Positions 28,181 to 37,337 of a stretch of DNA of 64,000 nt are shown here, in pieces. How positions within the stretch are numbered: the stretch's first letter is position 1; each line of letters opens with the position of its first letter. The stretch comes from Bacteroidota bacterium (GTDB taxonomy: Bacteria; Bacteroidota; Bacteroidia; Bacteroidales; JAAUTT01), in the NCBI GenBank assembly GCA_021779665.1, contig JAJYAG010000001.1, forward strand, positions 67,396 through 131,395. Reading direction: 5' to 3'. Both the position numbers and the translations under genes were made by a program. The notes beneath the pieces were generated by a model. It worked only from the letters and a program-made list of their open reading frames with translations. It was not told the DNA's origin and did not search any database.

Positions 28181-29398
28181 ATGAAAACATATAAAATGGC
28201 CTGGCGGAATTTGTGGCGCAATAAACGCCGGACCTTAATTACAGTGGCAGCGGTTGTATTTGCCGTCTTCCTGTCGACTTTTATGAGTTCGATGCAGGAA
28301 GGCACTTATTCCAAAATGATTGAAAATACGGTGAGCTTTTATTCAGGTTATATCCAGGTGCATCACCCCGGTTACTGGGCTTCGCGTTCCATCAACGATG
28401 TTTATGCTCCTGGTCCGGAGTTCTTTAAAAAAATTGATGAAACCCCGAATGTAACCTTGAGTTTTCCTCGTCTGGAGTCGTTTACGCTCCTGTCCACAGG
28501 CGAAAATACAAAAGCTGCTGCGCTTATTGGAATCGATCCTGTTAAAGAAAATAAAGTGACCAGACTTTCGCAATGGGTTGAAGCTGGAAAATACCTTGAA
28601 CCCGGCGATGATGGATTGCTGGTGGCGAAAAACATTGCCAAACAAATGAGCCTGAATGTTGGCGATACCATGGTACTGCTTAGCACCGGTTACCACGGGT
28701 CCACTTCTGCCGCATTGTTTCCCATAAAAGGCATTCTGAATTTTCCTTCGCCGCAAATGAACAACATTGGTGTATATGCTGATATTACCAAAGCTGGCGA
28801 GTTTTTTTCAACCGGAGATATGATTACCTCGACCGTAATAATGGTTGACGATTACACAAAACTGAATCATACCAAACAAGATATCGGAAAGAAACTGGGA
28901 AATGATTACAGTGTGATGACCTGGGACGAGATGCAGCCCGAAATTATGCAAATGATAGAACAGGACCGCGCCGGCGCTGTGATCATGAAAGCCATTATCT
29001 ACATTGTCATTGGGTTTGGTATCCTCGGAACCATCATTATGATGATGTCGGAACGCCGGAAAGAACTGGCTATTATGGTTGCCGTCGGCATGAAACGCGG
29101 AAAAATAATCAAAACGCTTTTTTTTGAAACATTGTACATCGGATTTTTAGGCATTGTGCTCGGTTTTCTCCTGAGTACGCCTATTATGTTGTGGTTGGTA
29201 CAGCATCCTATTCCTTTGCCCGACAGTATGGCCGAGGTATACGAAAAATTCGGGTTTGAGGCAAAATTGTTCTTTTCCTTGCATTATCCGGTTTTTATGA
29301 ATCAGATATGGACCGTTTTTGCCATTACCATTGGGGTTTTTCTATACCCTCTGGTGACCGTTGCCCGGTTTAAGCTTATTCAGACATTAAGGAGTTAG
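28181..29398 (+). CDS. ABC transporter permease, FtsX/MacB-type
   Basis: 405 aa. One N-terminal TM, a large periplasmic domain, then three C-terminal TMs (the FtsX fold pattern). Confidence 0.85.
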   Translation: MKTYKMAWRNLWRNKRRTLITVAAVVFAVFLSTFMSSMQEGTYSKMIENTVSFYSGYIQVHHPGYWASRSINDVYAPGPEFFKKIDETPNVTLSFPRLESFTLLSTGENTKAAALIGIDPVKENKVTRLSQWVEAGKYLEPGDDGLLVAKNIAKQMSLNVGDTMVLLSTGYHGSTSAALFPIKGILNFPSPQMNNIGVYADITKAGEFFSTGDMITSTVIMVDDYTKLNHTKQDIGKKLGNDYSVMTWDEMQPEIMQMIEQDRAGAVIMKAIIYIVIGFGILGTIIMMMSERRKELAIMVAVGMKRGKIIKTLFFETLYIGFLGIVLGFLLSTPIMLWLVQHPIPLPDSMAEVYEKFGFEAKLFFSLHYPVFMNQIWTVFAITIGVFLYPLVTVARFKLIQTLRS

Positions 29399-29417
29399 TT
29401 ATTTAAATATCACGATT

Positions 29418-30638
29418 ATGTTAGCACAAGTATCCTGGAGGAATGTATGGCGCCATAAGCTTCGCAGCTCTGTCATCATTTTTGCGGTTGCAATAGGGAT
29501 TTTTGCCGGCGTGTTTGCCTGGGCCTTTTACAAAGGCATGATGAACGAGCGTGTGGAAACTGCCATTTCAACCGAGTCCTCCAATATTCAGATTCATCAG
29601 AGAACGTATCTGGAAGATCCCGGAATAAAGAAATTTATTGCCAATGGAAATGAAATAGCTGAAAAAATTGAAAAAATTCAGGGAATCAAAGGTGTTTCCA
29701 AGCGGTTGCTTTCCAACGCCATGGTCACCTCGGCCGAACAAGGCACCGGGGTGATGGTGATAGGCATTGATCCTGAGCAGGAAAAAAAGGTAACCAATAT
29801 CAGCGAAAGTGTAAGTATTGGAACTTATTTTAAAGAAACCGGGAAAAATCCTGTTCTCATCGGTAAAAAGCTGGCCGAAAAACTCAAAATAAAGGAGCGC
29901 TCTAAAATTGTACTCACCCTTCAGCAGCTTGACGGAACCATTACAAGGGCTCAGTTTCGGGTAGCAGGCATTTATAACATTACCAATTCCATGTACGAGG
30001 AAATGAATGTATTTGTAAGATCCCAGGATCTTGCAGGAATCCTGCAGCTCGATGCATCAGCCTGCCACGAAATAGCTGTGAAAGTTGTCGATAACAATAC
30101 TGAAAATGTAATTTTCAATAAAATAAAACCGTTGTTCCCTTCGCTGGATGTGAAAGAATGGAGGGAACTGATGCCTGAAGTGAGTGTTGCTGAAGAATCC
30201 ATAGATGTATCCATGATTGTCTTTATTATAGTAATTCTCGTGGGACTCTCACTTGCCATTATCAACACCATGCTGATGGCTGTGCTGGAGCGTGTTAAAG
30301 AAATTGGCATGCTGATGGCTATCGGGATGACCCGTAAGCGCGTATTTAACATGATTTTGCTGGAAACCATTTTCCTTACCATCACGGGAATGGTGGTGGG
30401 GATCGTAATTGCAAGTCTGCTATCGCTCTATTTTGGTAAAACAGGGATAGATATCTCCATGGGATCGGAAGTTTATGAGTCGATGGGATATACGTCGCTT
30501 ATTTACCCTGTTCTCTCAGCTAAAATTATAATCGAAGTAGCCATAATGGTTGTAATTGCAAGCATATTATCGGCTATTTACCCTGCGTGGAAGGCTTTGA
30601 AATTAAAGCCCGCAGATGCAATCAGAAGTGATGTTTAA
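29418..30638 (+). CDS. ABC transporter permease, FtsX/MacB-type (second copy)
   Basis: 406 aa with the same topology. Ends ...YPAWKALKLKPADAIRSDV, typical of FtsX-family C-termini. Confidence 0.85.
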   Translation: MLAQVSWRNVWRHKLRSSVIIFAVAIGIFAGVFAWAFYKGMMNERVETAISTESSNIQIHQRTYLEDPGIKKFIANGNEIAEKIEKIQGIKGVSKRLLSNAMVTSAEQGTGVMVIGIDPEQEKKVTNISESVSIGTYFKETGKNPVLIGKKLAEKLKIKERSKIVLTLQQLDGTITRAQFRVAGIYNITNSMYEEMNVFVRSQDLAGILQLDASACHEIAVKVVDNNTENVIFNKIKPLFPSLDVKEWRELMPEVSVAEESIDVSMIVFIIVILVGLSLAIINTMLMAVLERVKEIGMLMAIGMTRKRVFNMILLETIFLTITGMVVGIVIASLLSLYFGKTGIDISMGSEVYESMGYTSLIYPVLSAKIIIEVAIMVVIASILSAIYPAWKALKLKPADAIRSDV

Positions 30639-30656
30639 TCAATAAAAATATTGACC

Positions 30657-31343
30657 ATGAAAGTAATTGATATAAAAGACCTATATAAGATTTATGAAGA
30701 CAACGAAGCTGAAGTTCACGCTGTTGATGGTATCAGCCTTTCGTTCAATGAAGGGGAATTTGCTGCCATTGTTGGCCCTTCGGGTTCAGGAAAAACAACG
30801 CTTTTAAATATCCTTGGCGGACTGGATAAACCAACATCGGGCGAAATAACCATTGGCAATGTGAAAATTAACGAATTGCCTCCATCGAAGCTGATTGACT
30901 TCCGTCTTCACAACATAGGCTTTGTTTTTCAGGCATATAACCTTATACCGGTGCTTACCGCTAAAGAAAACGTGGAGTTCATCATGGATCTGCAGGGGCG
31001 TCCCAAAGCCGAAAAAGAAAAAAGAACCCGCGAACTGCTGGAACAGGTCGGACTTGGCGACCGGCTCAACAGCAGACCCAACCGCTTATCGGGCGGACAG
31101 CAGCAACGTGTTGCAGTTGCCCGGGCTCTGGCATCGCGGCCTAAATTTGTTCTGGCCGATGAACCTACTGCAAACCTCGACTCCAAATCGACTGAGAATC
31201 TGTTGGATATTATGGAAAAACTGAACCGGGAAGAAAATATCACCTTCATTTTTTCGACGCACGATCCGCGTGTGGTGAAAAAAGCGCGCCGGGTGATTAC
31301 CATTGAAGACGGTAAGGTAATAAAGGATGAGGCGATCCGGTAG
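30657..31343 (+). CDS. ABC transporter ATP-binding protein (LolD/MacB-type)
   Basis: Contains Walker A GPSGSGKTT, the Q-loop, signature LSGGQQQRVAVARAL and Walker B FVLADEPT. Started at the ATG at 30657 rather than the track's TTG at 30651. Confidence 0.9.
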   Translation: MKVIDIKDLYKIYEDNEAEVHAVDGISLSFNEGEFAAIVGPSGSGKTTLLNILGGLDKPTSGEITIGNVKINELPPSKLIDFRLHNIGFVFQAYNLIPVLTAKENVEFIMDLQGRPKAEKEKRTRELLEQVGLGDRLNSRPNRLSGGQQQRVAVARALASRPKFVLADEPTANLDSKSTENLLDIMEKLNREENITFIFSTHDPRVVKKARRVITIEDGKVIKDEAIR

Positions 31344-31365
31344 GGAATAACAATAATATTCTGCT

Positions 31366-32568
31366 ATGAAAAAATCATTTCTGATATTCATAATTGTAAT
31401 GTTTAATTTGACTGTCCATGCACAGGATACTGCCCGGTGGTCGCTAAACGGCTATGTAAGTCTGCTGGGATCGGCTAAAAAGAGCATGTCCGATTCTCTT
31501 TTCAGGCCTACAGGTGAGGAAAAACACAAGGATGCGTTACTGCATAACCGGCTAAATTTCTTTTGGTATCCGGCTAAAAACTTCACTTTTTCGGTGCAGG
31601 TGCGTAACAGGCTCGTGTACGACGAAACCTATTCCCAACAACCCAATGTTGGCGAAATGTTTGAGCAGGACCAGGGACTGATGCAGCTTTCCAAAACGTT
31701 TTACAGTAAAGGCGATTATCTGCTCAATTCGTCGGTCGACAGGCTTTATTTTCAATATACAAAAGGAAAAATGGAGATAAATATAGGACGCCAGCGCATT
31801 AACTGGTCGCAGAGTTTTGCCTGGAATCCCAATGATATTTTCAATGCTTCGAACTACTTCGATTTCGATTATCCCGAAAAGCCCGGAAGTGATGCCATTC
31901 GTGTTCTGTATTATACCGGAATGGCTTCGTCGGCTGAGGCTGTCTTAAAAGTGGATCATAAAAAAAACATTACGGCGGCTGCCTTATACCGTACAAACCT
32001 AAAGGGTTACGACCTGCAGGTTTTAACAGGAACCATGAATGAAGAAGAACTGGTGTTGGGTGGCGGTTGGTCCGGGAGCCTTGGTCCGGTAGGATTCAGA
32101 GGCGAAGTAACGTCGCTGTTTCCTTATAAGGATTCGTCGGAATACAACCACAATATGGAAAAACTTACCCTGGCTTCGGTTTCGTTCGATTACACCTTTC
32201 CGAACTCTGCAAGGTTAATGAGTGAATTTTTATATTCGAGCAACGATATCTCTACATTATCAACCTCCTTAACTTCCATATTTTCAGAAACCATCAGCAT
32301 CCGGAATATGGCTTTTTCGAGACTGTCCTCCCTCCTTTCGTTTACTTATCCGATACATCCGCTGGTGAATGTAAGCCTCTCGGGTATGTATTTTTACAGA
32401 ATAAGCGGCTGGTACGCCGGCCCAAGTGTAGATATTTCCCTGAGCGACAATCTCGACCTTTCGCTATTCTGGCAATATTTTAACATGTATCTTTCCAAAG
32501 AAAAGCAGGCCATGATGGACGATATAAAGATCAACTATGCTTTTTTAAGATTGAAGTATAGTTTTTAA
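31366..32568 (+). CDS. Predicted outer-membrane beta-barrel protein
   Basis: 400 aa. Signal peptide ends ...LTVHAQD. Alternating beta-strand-like pattern with aromatic girdle residues. C-terminal ...LRLKYSF (terminal Phe). Confidence 0.55.
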   Translation: MKKSFLIFIIVMFNLTVHAQDTARWSLNGYVSLLGSAKKSMSDSLFRPTGEEKHKDALLHNRLNFFWYPAKNFTFSVQVRNRLVYDETYSQQPNVGEMFEQDQGLMQLSKTFYSKGDYLLNSSVDRLYFQYTKGKMEINIGRQRINWSQSFAWNPNDIFNASNYFDFDYPEKPGSDAIRVLYYTGMASSAEAVLKVDHKKNITAAALYRTNLKGYDLQVLTGTMNEEELVLGGGWSGSLGPVGFRGEVTSLFPYKDSSEYNHNMEKLTLASVSFDYTFPNSARLMSEFLYSSNDISTLSTSLTSIFSETISIRNMAFSRLSSLLSFTYPIHPLVNVSLSGMYFYRISGWYAGPSVDISLSDNLDLSLFWQYFNMYLSKEKQAMMDDIKINYAFLRLKYSF

Positions 32569-33035
32569 AGCTCCATATCCAGATCTTTCCTCTCTTTTTT
32601 ATTGAGGTAATTGATAATGGTGTAAAGCTTTTCTTTCAGATCCAGTAATTCCTTTACATTCATGGCTTCCGATGCTATTTCAGCGCCAAGCTGTTCGGGT
32701 ATTTTAGCAGCTTCAACCTGCATTTGCCTGCCTTTTTCGGTCAGCCGGACAATCACCTTCCTTTCATCGCTGCCTTCACGGTTTCGGGTAACAATGCCCT
32801 GACTTTCCATCCGTTTCAGCAATGGTGTTACAGTGTTTGTATTTAAAATAAGCTTATGCGCAATTTCATTTACCGTAATTGAATCCTGTTCCCAAAGCAC
32901 CAGAAGAACAAGATACTGCGGATAAGTTAATCCGAGTTTATCCAATAAAGGCTGATATTCCCTGATGATGAGCCTGGAAGCTGCATAAACCGGGAAACAC
33001 AACTGGTTATCAAGCTTAAGCTGTTCGAATGCCAT
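32565..33035 (-). CDS. ohrR: MarR-family regulator, OhrR-like
   Basis: 156 aa. Contains the N-terminal LDNQLCFPVYAASR (the sensing-Cys context of OhrR) and a winged helix, LTYPQYLVLLVLWE...ITVNEIAHKL. Located 24 nt downstream of gpx on the same strand. Confidence 0.75.
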   Translation of the reverse strand: MAFEQLKLDNQLCFPVYAASRLIIREYQPLLDKLGLTYPQYLVLLVLWEQDSITVNEIAHKLILNTNTVTPLLKRMESQGIVTRNREGSDERKVIVRLTEKGRQMQVEAAKIPEQLGAEIASEAMNVKELLDLKEKLYTIINYLNKKERKDLDMEL

Positions 33036-33059
33036 ACTTTTTTCTTCAAAGATAAAATT

Positions 33060-33539
33060 TTAAGATAGTACCTTTTCGAGGTATTTGTCGATTTTTTCGG
33101 GTTTTGTAACAGGAGCAAATCTTTTCACAGGCTTTCCGTTCTTATCCACCAAAAACTTCGTGAAGTTCCATTTGATTTTGCTTCCCAAAAATCCTGGCAG
33201 CTTTTTTTTCAGGAACTTATAAAGAGGATGTGCATTTTCGCCATTTACCTCAATCTTCGAAAACATTGGAAAGCTTACACCATAATTAATCAGGCAGCCT
33301 TCCGAAATTTGCTTTTCGTCGCCCGGTTCCTGGTTTGCAAACTGATTGCATGGAAATCCCAGTATCACAAGACCTTTATCCCTGTACTTCCCGTAAAGTT
33401 TCTCCAAACCTTCGAATTGCGGGGTTAACCCGCATTTACTCGCAGTATTCACTATCAATACTGTCTTACCCTCATAATCTTTCAGATTAACTTCCTTGCC
33501 CTGCAGGCTCTTTGCAGTGAACTGGTAAATATTATCCAT
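33060..33539 (-). CDS. Glutathione peroxidase (Cys-type)
   Basis: 159 aa. Contains VNTASKCGLTPQ, LGFPCNQF and KWNFTKFLV. The catalytic residue is encoded by TGC (33434-33432), not TGA. Confidence 0.9.
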   Translation of the reverse strand: MDNIYQFTAKSLQGKEVNLKDYEGKTVLIVNTASKCGLTPQFEGLEKLYGKYRDKGLVILGFPCNQFANQEPGDEKQISEGCLINYGVSFPMFSKIEVNGENAHPLYKFLKKKLPGFLGSKIKWNFTKFLVDKNGKPVKRFAPVTKPEKIDKYLEKVLS

Positions 33540-33559
33540 AATTTTATTGACTTATATTT

Positions 33560-33620
33560 ATCGCAAACGAATATATCTTTTGCGATACAAATATAAGAAT
33601 TTTATATCGCTTGCGATATA
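33560..33620. promoter_or_regulatory. Two palindromes sharing ATCGC/GCGAT half-sites upstream of gpx-ohrR (candidate OhrR operator)
   Basis: Palindrome 1 is ATCGCAAA-n10-TTTGCGAT (33560-33586). Palindrome 2 is TATATCGC-tt-GCGATATA (33603-33620). They lie 21-81 bp upstream of the gpx ATG. Confidence 0.4.
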
Positions 33621-33785
33621 TTTTACAGACTTTTATTAAGTATCTGGATGACAAACAAATTATACATTTAAAATGTTATTTTAAATAAAATGAAAGAGGT
33701 CGGTCAATGTCATTAGAAAGTGTTCATCTTGCTTTCTAATGTTATTGTTGATATCTTTAAACCATAAAAATCAACCGATATAGAT

Positions 33786-34607
33786 GTGAATAAACCTGTC
33801 GAAAACAATACGCCTCTTAAAAAACGGCTTTATGAAATTGTTTTTGAAGCTGATACCCGTGCCGGCCAGTTGTTTGACGCCTCATTGCTTATTCTTATTC
33901 TGCTGAGCATCTTTATTGTTATGCTAGAGAGTATGAGCCAAATCAGGGCAGCTTATCTTCGGGAGCTAAGAATATTGGAATGGATAATCACTGGAATATT
34001 TACCGTTGAATATTTTACCCGTATATGGCTTGTTAAAAGACCATTAGGATATATTCTGAGTTTTTATGGAATCATTGACTTGCTTGCTATTTTACCTACC
34101 TTCCTGAGCCTTTTCTTTACCGTAGGACATAGTTTAATGGTGATCAAAGCCTTACGCTTATTGAGGATTTTCAGAATTTTAAAGCTTAGTCAATATACCA
34201 AGGCGGGAAGATTCCTGCTGAATGCTATATGGAGTAACAGGGAGAAAATCGGTATTTTCTTTGTATTCATAATTACGCTCACCACCATTGTAGGTACTAT
34301 GATGTACCTTATAGAAGGTGAAGAAAACGGGTTTACCGATATCCCCACAAGTATATACTGGGCAATTGTAACCCTCACCACAGTGGGTTATGGAGATATT
34401 TCTCCTGTTACCGGTCTGGGTAAATTTTTTGCAAGCGTTGTAATGATCCTGGGCTATGCCATTATTGCTGTTCCAACCGGAATTGTTACTGCAAGCTTGA
34501 TTGTAAAAGGTTCGACCAACACGCAGGTTTGTTCAAATTGTTTCTACGACAAGCACGACGACGATGCCCATTTCTGCAAACGTTGCGGAAATTCTCTGAA
34601 TGATTAA
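33786..34607 (+). CDS. Voltage-gated K+ channel (6-TM) with a C-terminal zinc ribbon
   Basis: 273 aa. S4 is KALRLLRIFRILKLSQ, with a basic residue at every third position. The selectivity filter is TLTTVGYGD. The C-terminal CSNC-x11-CKRC lies at 34530-34586. GTG start. Confidence 0.85.
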   Translation: MNKPVENNTPLKKRLYEIVFEADTRAGQLFDASLLILILLSIFIVMLESMSQIRAAYLRELRILEWIITGIFTVEYFTRIWLVKRPLGYILSFYGIIDLLAILPTFLSLFFTVGHSLMVIKALRLLRIFRILKLSQYTKAGRFLLNAIWSNREKIGIFFVFIITLTTIVGTMMYLIEGEENGFTDIPTSIYWAIVTLTTVGYGDISPVTGLGKFFASVVMILGYAIIAVPTGIVTASLIVKGSTNTQVCSNCFYDKHDDDAHFCKRCGNSLND

Positions 34608-34638
34608 TAATAATTTGCAATAAAATCACTCAAAAATT

Positions 34639-34932
34639 ATGGAAAAGAAACATTATTTGTTGTATTTGAATCCTCCACGTCCAACTTTCATCATGGACAT
34701 GAGCAACGAAGAAAGGGAAATTATGGGTCGCCATGTTGCTTATTGGACAAAGTTTATGGAAGAGGGCAAAGTTGTTGCATTTGGCCCCGTATTTGATCCT
34801 GCCGGTGCTTATGGCGTTGGCATTGTAGAAGTAGAAAGCGATGAGCAATTGCAGGATTTTATGGCTAACGATCCGGCCAACGGCATTAATTCATACGAAT
34901 ATTACCCCATGCGGGCAGTTGTCAAAAAATAG
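34639..34932 (+). CDS. YciI-like family protein
   Basis: 97 aa. The pattern HYLLYLNP...HVAYWTKFMEEGKVVAFGPV...AYGVGIVEVES..QLQDFMANDP resembles YciI/DGPF-type proteins. Confidence 0.65.
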   Translation: MEKKHYLLYLNPPRPTFIMDMSNEEREIMGRHVAYWTKFMEEGKVVAFGPVFDPAGAYGVGIVEVESDEQLQDFMANDPANGINSYEYYPMRAVVKK

Positions 34933-34948
34933 GTATTAAATACCCTGT

Positions 34949-34982
34949 AAGCTCCGGAAGTAAACATATTCGGAGCTTTTTT
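34949..34982 (+). terminator. Intrinsic terminator after the YciI-like gene
   Basis: 8-bp stem aagctccg / cggagctt with a 14-nt loop, followed by a T-run (tttttt) to 34982. Lies between convergent genes. Confidence 0.55.
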
Positions 34983-34985
34983 ATT

Positions 34986-35264
34986 TTACCAGCAATTATT
35001 TACCGGAATATTTCGGATCAGGGAATGCAGAACGGGTCTTGGATAATCCTCGGGTAAAACCTGGGCCATAAAGCCGAATTCGTTAAAAAGTTTTATAATT
35101 TGATCAGGTTGAATTAAGCCTTCCTGTGATTTAACCCGCAAAATCCTGTCGCAATCCTCCAGGTCGAAACTAATTTCGTACCCGTTAAAACGGTTCACTA
35201 CCTGATCTTTTAAAAACTTCGCCTGCTTAGGATCAATAACATTGGTTCTGAAAACTTCAATCAT
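34986..35264 (-). CDS. Hypothetical protein (92 aa)
   Basis: The ORF lies 3 nt downstream of the YjbR-like gene on the same strand. No motifs recognised. Confidence 0.4.
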   Translation of the reverse strand: MIEVFRTNVIDPKQAKFLKDQVVNRFNGYEISFDLEDCDRILRVKSQEGLIQPDQIIKLFNEFGFMAQVLPEDYPRPVLHSLIRNIPVNNCW

Positions 35265-35267
35265 AAT

Positions 35268-35603
35268 TCAATTCTTTTTACTTTGTTTCTTGTTTTTCAC
35301 TTCATTATAGGCCGTATTCAATGCATCCTGACACAGATCCTCATCAATTTTGTCAAGGTCAAGGATAGTCCATCCCTGTTTTCCCCATTTATTGGGAACC
35401 GGATATATTTCCGGATCAGCTCCTTTTGAAGAAAAAGCAAACTGATCCACTTCCGACAATTTAATGGTAGCAAGTTTTTTAGCAATATCCAGCGTGGCGA
35501 AAATTTTATCTGGCGTCCGGAAGGATAACTTATCGAAATGCGGCTGTTCAACTACATCAGGAAAAGAAATAGCCATTTTTTTGAAAGATTCAATGGTAAC
35601 CAT
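35268..35603 (-). CDS. MmcQ/YjbR-family protein
   Basis: 111 aa. Contains FPDVVEQPHFDKLSFRTPDKIFATL and WGKQGWTILDL, typical of YjbR-like proteins. Confidence 0.7.
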   Translation of the reverse strand: MVTIESFKKMAISFPDVVEQPHFDKLSFRTPDKIFATLDIAKKLATIKLSEVDQFAFSSKGADPEIYPVPNKWGKQGWTILDLDKIDEDLCQDALNTAYNEVKNKKQSKKN

Positions 35604-35606
35604 GGT

Positions 35607-36008
35607 TCAAATATCTTGTCGTACAGGCACTACAAGTTTTAATCTTTTTTCGCGAAGATAGATGCCAATCCATACCAGAATCCCCATTGCAATGGGGAAA
35701 TAGAACGGGTCCCCTATCCTTACATGAGTTGTAACAGCACCTCCCAGATAAGCTGTTAAAAGAATGGCTCCCAACACTGCCGATTTTGGGATGAGGTAAA
35801 GAATCGTACTTATCAAAAGTACCAAACCAATACCAAAAATTGTATTATCGGGATAGCCCAGCCGCACACTGGCCTCAATTACTTCGTTGATTTTAATGAG
35901 TTTGACTATGGCATCGAATAATAAAAACAGTCCTACAAAGCCTGTAATAATCCAACCGGTCCATAATCTTTTCTTCGTTACCGGAACAAATTGTGAATTG
36001 CTTTCCAT
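35607..36008 (-). CDS. DoxX-like membrane protein
   Basis: 133 aa with 4 TM. Contains LFDAIVKL ... LLTAYLGGAVTTHVRIGDP, characteristic of the DoxX_2 family. Confidence 0.65.
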   Translation of the reverse strand: MESNSQFVPVTKKRLWTGWIITGFVGLFLLFDAIVKLIKINEVIEASVRLGYPDNTIFGIGLVLLISTILYLIPKSAVLGAILLTAYLGGAVTTHVRIGDPFYFPIAMGILVWIGIYLREKRLKLVVPVRQDI

Positions 36009-36214
36009 ATAATAAATTGTTTTAGTTTCCCTTCAAAACTGGTTTACCAAAAGGTCTGATTCTTTTTTGAAAACTGACACCTTTTATTCAACCTTTACTG
36101 TAAACCTGATTATATAACAAAAGTAGAACAACAATGTGGCTTGACAGAGGGTTATAAAAGAAAAAGATGAAGGCTTTGTGCGACAAAATAGCCGGAATAA
36201 AAATTTACGGGCAT

Positions 36215-36240
36215 AAAAAAAGCCCCACAATTGTGAGGCT
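36215..36240 (-). terminator. Intrinsic terminator of the cold-shock gene
   Basis: The minus strand reads agcctcac-aatt-gtggggct followed by T7. Located 26 nt downstream of the stop. Confidence 0.7.
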
Positions 36241-36265
36241 TTCAAAAATATCTTAGAAATGACTG

Positions 36266-36457
36266 TTAAACTAACTTAACGTTAACAGCATTTAATCCTT
36301 TTCTACCTTCCTGAAGATCGAATGTAACTTCATCATTCTCTTCGATGCTGTCTCTGAGACCTGATGAATGAACAAAATATTCCTGTGATGTTTTTGAGTC
36401 TTTAATGAAACCAAATCCTTTTAACTCATTGAAAAATTTTACTGTACCAGTATTCAT
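36266..36457 (-). CDS. Cold-shock protein (CspA family)
   Basis: 63 aa. Contains GTVKFFNELKGFGFI (RNP1-like) and VHSSGL (RNP2-like). Confidence 0.9.
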   Translation of the reverse strand: MNTGTVKFFNELKGFGFIKDSKTSQEYFVHSSGLRDSIEENDEVTFDLQEGRKGLNAVNVKLV

Positions 36458-36805
36458 AATGTGATTTTTAAATTATTCGGTAAAGATACGGTGAATAAAT
36501 CAATAAAAATCAATTATTTATTATTTAGGCCAGACGGTAAATGGACAGTTATTTTCTTTCGCTACATACTGACGGGTAGGATCTTGGGAAATAAATTTTG
36601 TAAAAGCTTATTTAGAATCAGTCAAATTATGGCAATTATTTATTCACTAAATACTCAAAAAACAACTTTTTGCACGGTTATTGCCTATATTTAAATCTTT
36701 GAAATTCTGGTATTAATTCCTTTCAGTTATTTAGAAATAATTCCTGATTTCTCAAAGAGAAGGCCGGCAGTGTTTGCCGGAAAATATTTATTTAAATTAA
36801 ATCAC

Positions 36806-36967
36806 ATGAATTACGACAAAAAGCCGTCAAATTTTAAATCACCTGACTTATCGAAAATGCAGGAAGTAATAATAGATTTTAAAACTAAAATTTATATCGC
36901 AGTGGGTGCCGATCCCGAAGAAGCCAAAACAAGGTATTTCTCAAAAATTGATACAAAAAAGAAATAA
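36806..36967 (+). CDS. Small hypothetical protein (53 aa)
   Basis: Re-started at the ATG (MNYDKKPSNFK...). It is followed immediately by a good terminator, which supports expression. No family assigned. Confidence 0.35.
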   Translation: MNYDKKPSNFKSPDLSKMQEVIIDFKTKIYIAVGADPEEAKTRYFSKIDTKKK

Positions 36968-36992
36968 AAAAAGAGTGGCAACACTCTTTTTT
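36968..36992 (+). terminator. Intrinsic terminator
   Basis: Sequence aaaagagtg-gcaa-cactctttt with the T-run extending to 36992. Confidence 0.65.
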
Positions 36993-37095
36993 AGTTTAAA
37001 GGAATTCTCTTTCAATGATACTTTGGAAAATTGAATTTTGCCCTACCTTTAAAAAGAAAAATTTTCCTCATTGAGCAATTATTACACGTTTGATA

Positions 37096-37329
37096 ATGAA
37101 CGAAGAACAGAGTGACAGTCGTATTTTACTCGATATAGTACAAACCCGAATGCCTTTTGGAAAATATAAGGACAGGCTGATTTGTGAACTCCCCGAGCAC
37201 TATCTGGTTTGGTTTAAGCAGCAGGGATTTCCACAGGGAAAACTGGGTATGATGCTGCAAACCATGTACGAGATAAAATTAAACGGACTGGAATACCTGC
37301 TGGAGCCCTTAAAGAAAAAGCGATTATAA
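37096..37329 (+). CDS. DUF3820-family protein
   Basis: Contains MPFGKYKDRLICELPEHYLVWFKQQGFPQGKLG, the characteristic DUF3820 block. Started at the ATG at 37096. Confidence 0.7.
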   Translation: MNEEQSDSRILLDIVQTRMPFGKYKDRLICELPEHYLVWFKQQGFPQGKLGMMLQTMYEIKLNGLEYLLEPLKKKRL

Positions 37330-37337
37330 ATTTAATT

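Noticed and set aside
33432-33434. Selenocysteine in the glutathione peroxidase
   Set aside because: The catalytic codon is TGC (Cys) rather than TGA, and the ORF is uninterrupted.
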